Source: an uncultured Clostridium sp. (GTDB taxonomy: Bacteria > Bacillota > Clostridia > TANB77 > CAG-508). From it: DNA of 64,000 bases. Below, piece by piece: positions 61,124 through 64,000 of the stretch. The number at the start of each line of letters is the position of its first letter. Positions within the stretch are counted from its first letter, which is position 1. Made by a program: the position numbers and the translations under genes. The DNA lies in the NCBI GenBank assembly GCA_947571115.1, contig CANOWW010000008.1, positions 7,023 to 71,022 of the forward strand, written 5' to 3'. The notes beneath the pieces are model-generated. The model did no database searches. It was not told the DNA's origin and saw only the letters and a program-made list of their open reading frames with translations.

Positions 61124-64000
61124 TTAGCCTTCAACTGGAAAGGTAACTACTGAAGTGTATTTTACCTGTTCATTTCCTTCAGGATCAATATACTTCAGAT
61201 ATGCAACAGCATATAATGTCGGACCTAAATCCTCAACATACACTGAGTTTGCAAATGTGATGTCTGACGCATTACCTGTGGTACGCTTCTCTACGCCATT
61301 AACACCTACATTCTCCAGTGTCAGAACTGCATTCGAATCACAAGATCTTAAAATACCAAGTTCCTGCTTTTCGCCATGCAATCCTGTCTCAAAGCCAAGT
61401 GTCGCGAATAGCCGCACTGCAGGCTTGCCATTAACTGTAACACGGCTCGGTGTCAACAACAACGAAATTGGTTTCACAACTTCTACATCTGCATCAACAT
61501 AAACCGCTTCCACAGATATATCGTTGTTAAGAACACGGCGATATGTTGCTTCACCGTATTCCGTTGTTGAACCAAGCGATGTGATTAACAGGTGCGAGAA
61601 TTTCTTTCCTTCTGGAGCATTATCCGCTTTGAAAACCAATTCTGTAGCAGCAAGATATTTGCCTTCTTCGTTCGGCTTATTTGAAGCGTTTATAATACTT
61701 ACATTTTTCAGCGTTGCTGAGTAGTAAGTATTCTGTACTTCATCTTCATACACAGCGGTAACTGTTACATCACCATTCTGCGTCAAAGCCGAAATTGCAG
61801 CTACTAAACCAGAAAGGTCGTTAACAGAAAACTGTTTTCCATCAGCTTCCCAAGCAACTAACTTTTTGCCAAAAACATAGCAATCATCAGGGTTCGGTAT
61901 TTCTGAAGAAGATCCTTTGTTAACAGTAGCTTCCTTCACAATTTTTCCATTTGCCACAAAAGTGACTGTTACAGGATCCTCTACTGGAGGCTGTTCCTCT
62001 TTTACAAAGGTCGCCTCAAAAGACATGTTTTCTGTTGCAGTAATAGTTCTTGATGTTTCCGTGGAACCATCATTCCAAAGAACGTAATAACCGTCGTTTG
62101 GAATAGCACCAAACGAAACAGAAGTACCTTTTTCTACCGTAGTGCTTCCGTAAACAGAACCACCTTCGTTAGCAGCTGAAACAGAAATTGTTACCATTTC
62201 CGGAGTTGGCGGTATAACCTGATCTGCCTCAAATGAGCAGGAAAGCCCAACACTTGTGCCAAACACTACTGGCACAGTTTTCGTCGAACTGGTGTCGCCA
62301 TCGCTCCATTTTCCAAAGTGATAACCTGGGTTTGGATGCGCTTCTGTAGTTACTACCTCAAGCGATGACGGAGATGTCACAGAAAATGAATTCTGCTGCA
62401 CTCCTTCAATTGTGATATATCCTCCTTCTCCACAAGCTATTTCTAACTTAAAGGTGTTTTCTTCCTCCGACGGAGTCGGCGGGTTCGGCTGTTCCTGATC
62501 TATTGTACGGAAATTTGCTATCAAAACAAGCCCTTCTTTTGCTGTAAAATAATACGGATTGTCTGTGCTACCGTTATTCCAGTTTACAAATTCGTAACCT
62601 GGATCGGCTTCCGCATAAGCAGGATGCTCGCTTCCTTCTTCATATGTGCCAGTTCCTGTGGCTGTGCCACCTTCGCCAGCTTCTATTGTAACACTAACTT
62701 GCTTAGGTTCATCTGGTTTGTCATTACCAGGGTTATCGTTCCCGTTTCCGCCCTGGCTCCCAGAGCTATCGTTTCCATTTCCGCTCTGATTACCAGAATT
62801 GTTGTTATTTGGGTTGTTTGGTTTACCATTATTTGATGAACTATCGGTACTGTCTCCGCCCTGGCTTCCAGAGCTATCGTTTCCATTTCCGTTCACCGTT
62901 GGATACCAAACAGAGCTTCCGCCCCAAGATGTGTTACCAAAATTTGAAGAAATTGACATATCTTTACTGCCAAGACCTATTGTCAAAACGCCAGAAGGTG
63001 TCTTAACTGTAAGCGGCATGCCAGACATATTGGTTACTTTTGAGTTCTCCGCTCCTTTTTCAAAGATTAGAGAAGCAAAAGCTTCCAATGTCATATCTAC
63101 AGGCACAGATGCCTGCAGAGCCGTATTTGTTGCACCTGCGCCGATTACAACCGGCACAAGATTTTTTGTGGAACCTGTAAGGTTCAAATTAGCCTTGCGG
63201 CTAACCTGAATCTTAGTAACACTGCCGTGAACTTCCAGCTCAACAGAACCTTCAGTTTCACAGGAAATGCTTTTTACTTCTGCCATTGAGCCCACAATCA
63301 TGTGGCAACGCAGAGCAGAAATAATAAAAGAATTCCCTTTGGCATGTTCTGTCCAAGTGTCACCTTTAATAGCGTTAATGGTAACACTTTTGAACAGCGC
63401 GCTGTTACTAATCTCTGCCTGCGGAGCATTAACAACAAGCTCCACTTGAGACAAGTCACGGTTGTCGAAATTGGCAATCGTGAACTGCTCAGCTGCTGTT
63501 GTTGCAATCGTGATTTTCTTAATATCAGAATTCATGATTGCTGCTACCAGCTCCTTCTGAGTAGCCACAGTTGCTTCCGTTATAACAACTGGTTCTTCTG
63601 GCTGCTGTACTGGCTGCGGATCAACAACTGTAACCTGACATTTTAATATCTTGGTGTTGTTCTTCTTCCGCTTGTCGGTTTTCAGCTGCCACGTAATGGT
63701 AGCTGTGCCAACCTTTTTAGCTACAACATCAATCATGCATCCCTGCCGATCTTTGTTGCATAAGCCGGCTACTGACTTATTCGATGTGCTAACTTTCACA
63801 GCCTGCCAGCCAACTTTCTTAATTATCTCATCTGTGATAACTGAAAGCTGCTTTTTTTCGCCTACTTCTAAAGTAAGCTCCTTTTCACTCAATTGAGCGA
63901 ATTTGGAAGGCTTTACTACTGATATAGCTTGTGCTGCTGCCTGCTGTGTCTGAGTCGCTTTTGCTTCCTGTGTTTCTGCTGTTGCCTGTGCTTCAGCCAC
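61124..64000 (-). CDS. Large surface protein (Ig-like Big_2 plus InlB B-repeat-like domains), 5' end outside window
   Basis: L.VGEKKQL..S.SN..VA..A.K.GTATIT; GY.F..W.DG repeats; Asn/Gly/Ser linker with duplicated GNGNDSSGSQGG; visibly GC-richer. Confidence 0.75.
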   Translation of the reverse strand: MAEAQATAETQEAKATQTQQAAAQAISVVKPSKFAQLSEKELTLEVGEKKQLSVITDEIIKKVGWQAVKVSTSNKSVAGLCNKDRQGCMIDVVAKKVGTATITWQLKTDKRKKNNTKILKCQVTVVDPQPVQQPEEPVVITEATVATQKELVAAIMNSDIKKITIATTAAEQFTIANFDNRDLSQVELVVNAPQAEISNSALFKSVTINAIKGDTWTEHAKGNSFIISALRCHMIVGSMAEVKSISCETEGSVELEVHGSVTKIQVSRKANLNLTGSTKNLVPVVIGAGATNTALQASVPVDMTLEAFASLIFEKGAENSKVTNMSGMPLTVKTPSGVLTIGLGSKDMSISSNFGNTSWGGSSVWYPTVNGNGNDSSGSQGGDSTDSSSNNGKPNNPNNNNSGNQSGNGNDSSGSQGGNGNDNPGNDKPDEPKQVSVTIEAGEGGTATGTGTYEEGSEHPAYAEADPGYEFVNWNNGSTDNPYYFTAKEGLVLIANFRTIDQEQPNPPTPSEEENTFKLEIACGEGGYITIEGVQQNSFSVTSPSSLEVVTTEAHPNPGYHFGKWSDGDTSSTKTVPVVFGTSVGLSCSFEADQVIPPTPEMVTISVSAANEGGSVYGSTTVEKGTSVSFGAIPNDGYYVLWNDGSTETSRTITATENMSFEATFVKEEQPPVEDPVTVTFVANGKIVKEATVNKGSSSEIPNPDDCYVFGKKLVAWEADGKQFSVNDLSGLVAAISALTQNGDVTVTAVYEDEVQNTYYSATLKNVSIINASNKPNEEGKYLAATELVFKADNAPEGKKFSHLLITSLGSTTEYGEATYRRVLNNDISVEAVYVDADVEVVKPISLLLTPSRVTVNGKPAVRLFATLGFETGLHGEKQELGILRSCDSNAVLTLENVGVNGVEKRTTGNASDITFANSVYVEDLGPTLYAVAYLKYIDPEGNEQVKYTSVVTFPVEG

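Noticed and set aside
62747-62891. 37-bp near-identical direct repeat
   Set aside because: Encodes the duplicated GNGNDSSGSQGG linker within the surface protein.
2012-63896. Many short antisense or alternate-frame ORFs in the ORF track
   Set aside because: Shadows of well-supported genes with no recognisable motifs.
1-64000. CRISPR array, tRNA or rRNA genes
   Set aside because: No regularly spaced repeats, cloverleaf or rRNA-like sequence seen by eye.

Overview
AT-rich chromosome of a spore-forming Clostridia-like Firmicute (yabP, yabQ, divIC present). 1-7.5 kb holds a tandem array of ECF sigma/anti-sigma pairs and an M23 peptidase. About 7.6-49.85 kb is an integrative element. It carries a glycosyl-transfer cassette, an orphan ToxN, an XRE/PadR switch, an 18-kb recombination/anti-defence operon (ERF, SMC-like ATPase, S6 paralog, SSB, ArdC, primase, PcfK/PcfJ), a viperin-like radical SAM-PfkB fusion, Spo0A-like regulators and a SipW/TasA-like surface operon bracketed by two copies of a covarying ~225-nt structured RNA. 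It ends in xis-int next to a detached secA 3' end. Core genes follow (prfB, lysC, yabP, yabQ, divIC, rho), then a difSL-like site beside a Xer recombinase near where skew and gene orientation flip, and a PqqD/kinase/ABC/nucleotidyltransferase cassette. The strongest unexplained signal is that all six frameshifts I found, in four genes including prfB, fall at an in-frame CGG codon. Skipping that C yields a Gly codon and restores the protein. This suggests +1 recoding or quadruplet CGGN decoding, but a systematic sequencing artefact is not excluded, and six in-frame CGG codons in two other genes do not break the frame. All calls are by eye; no database searches were run.
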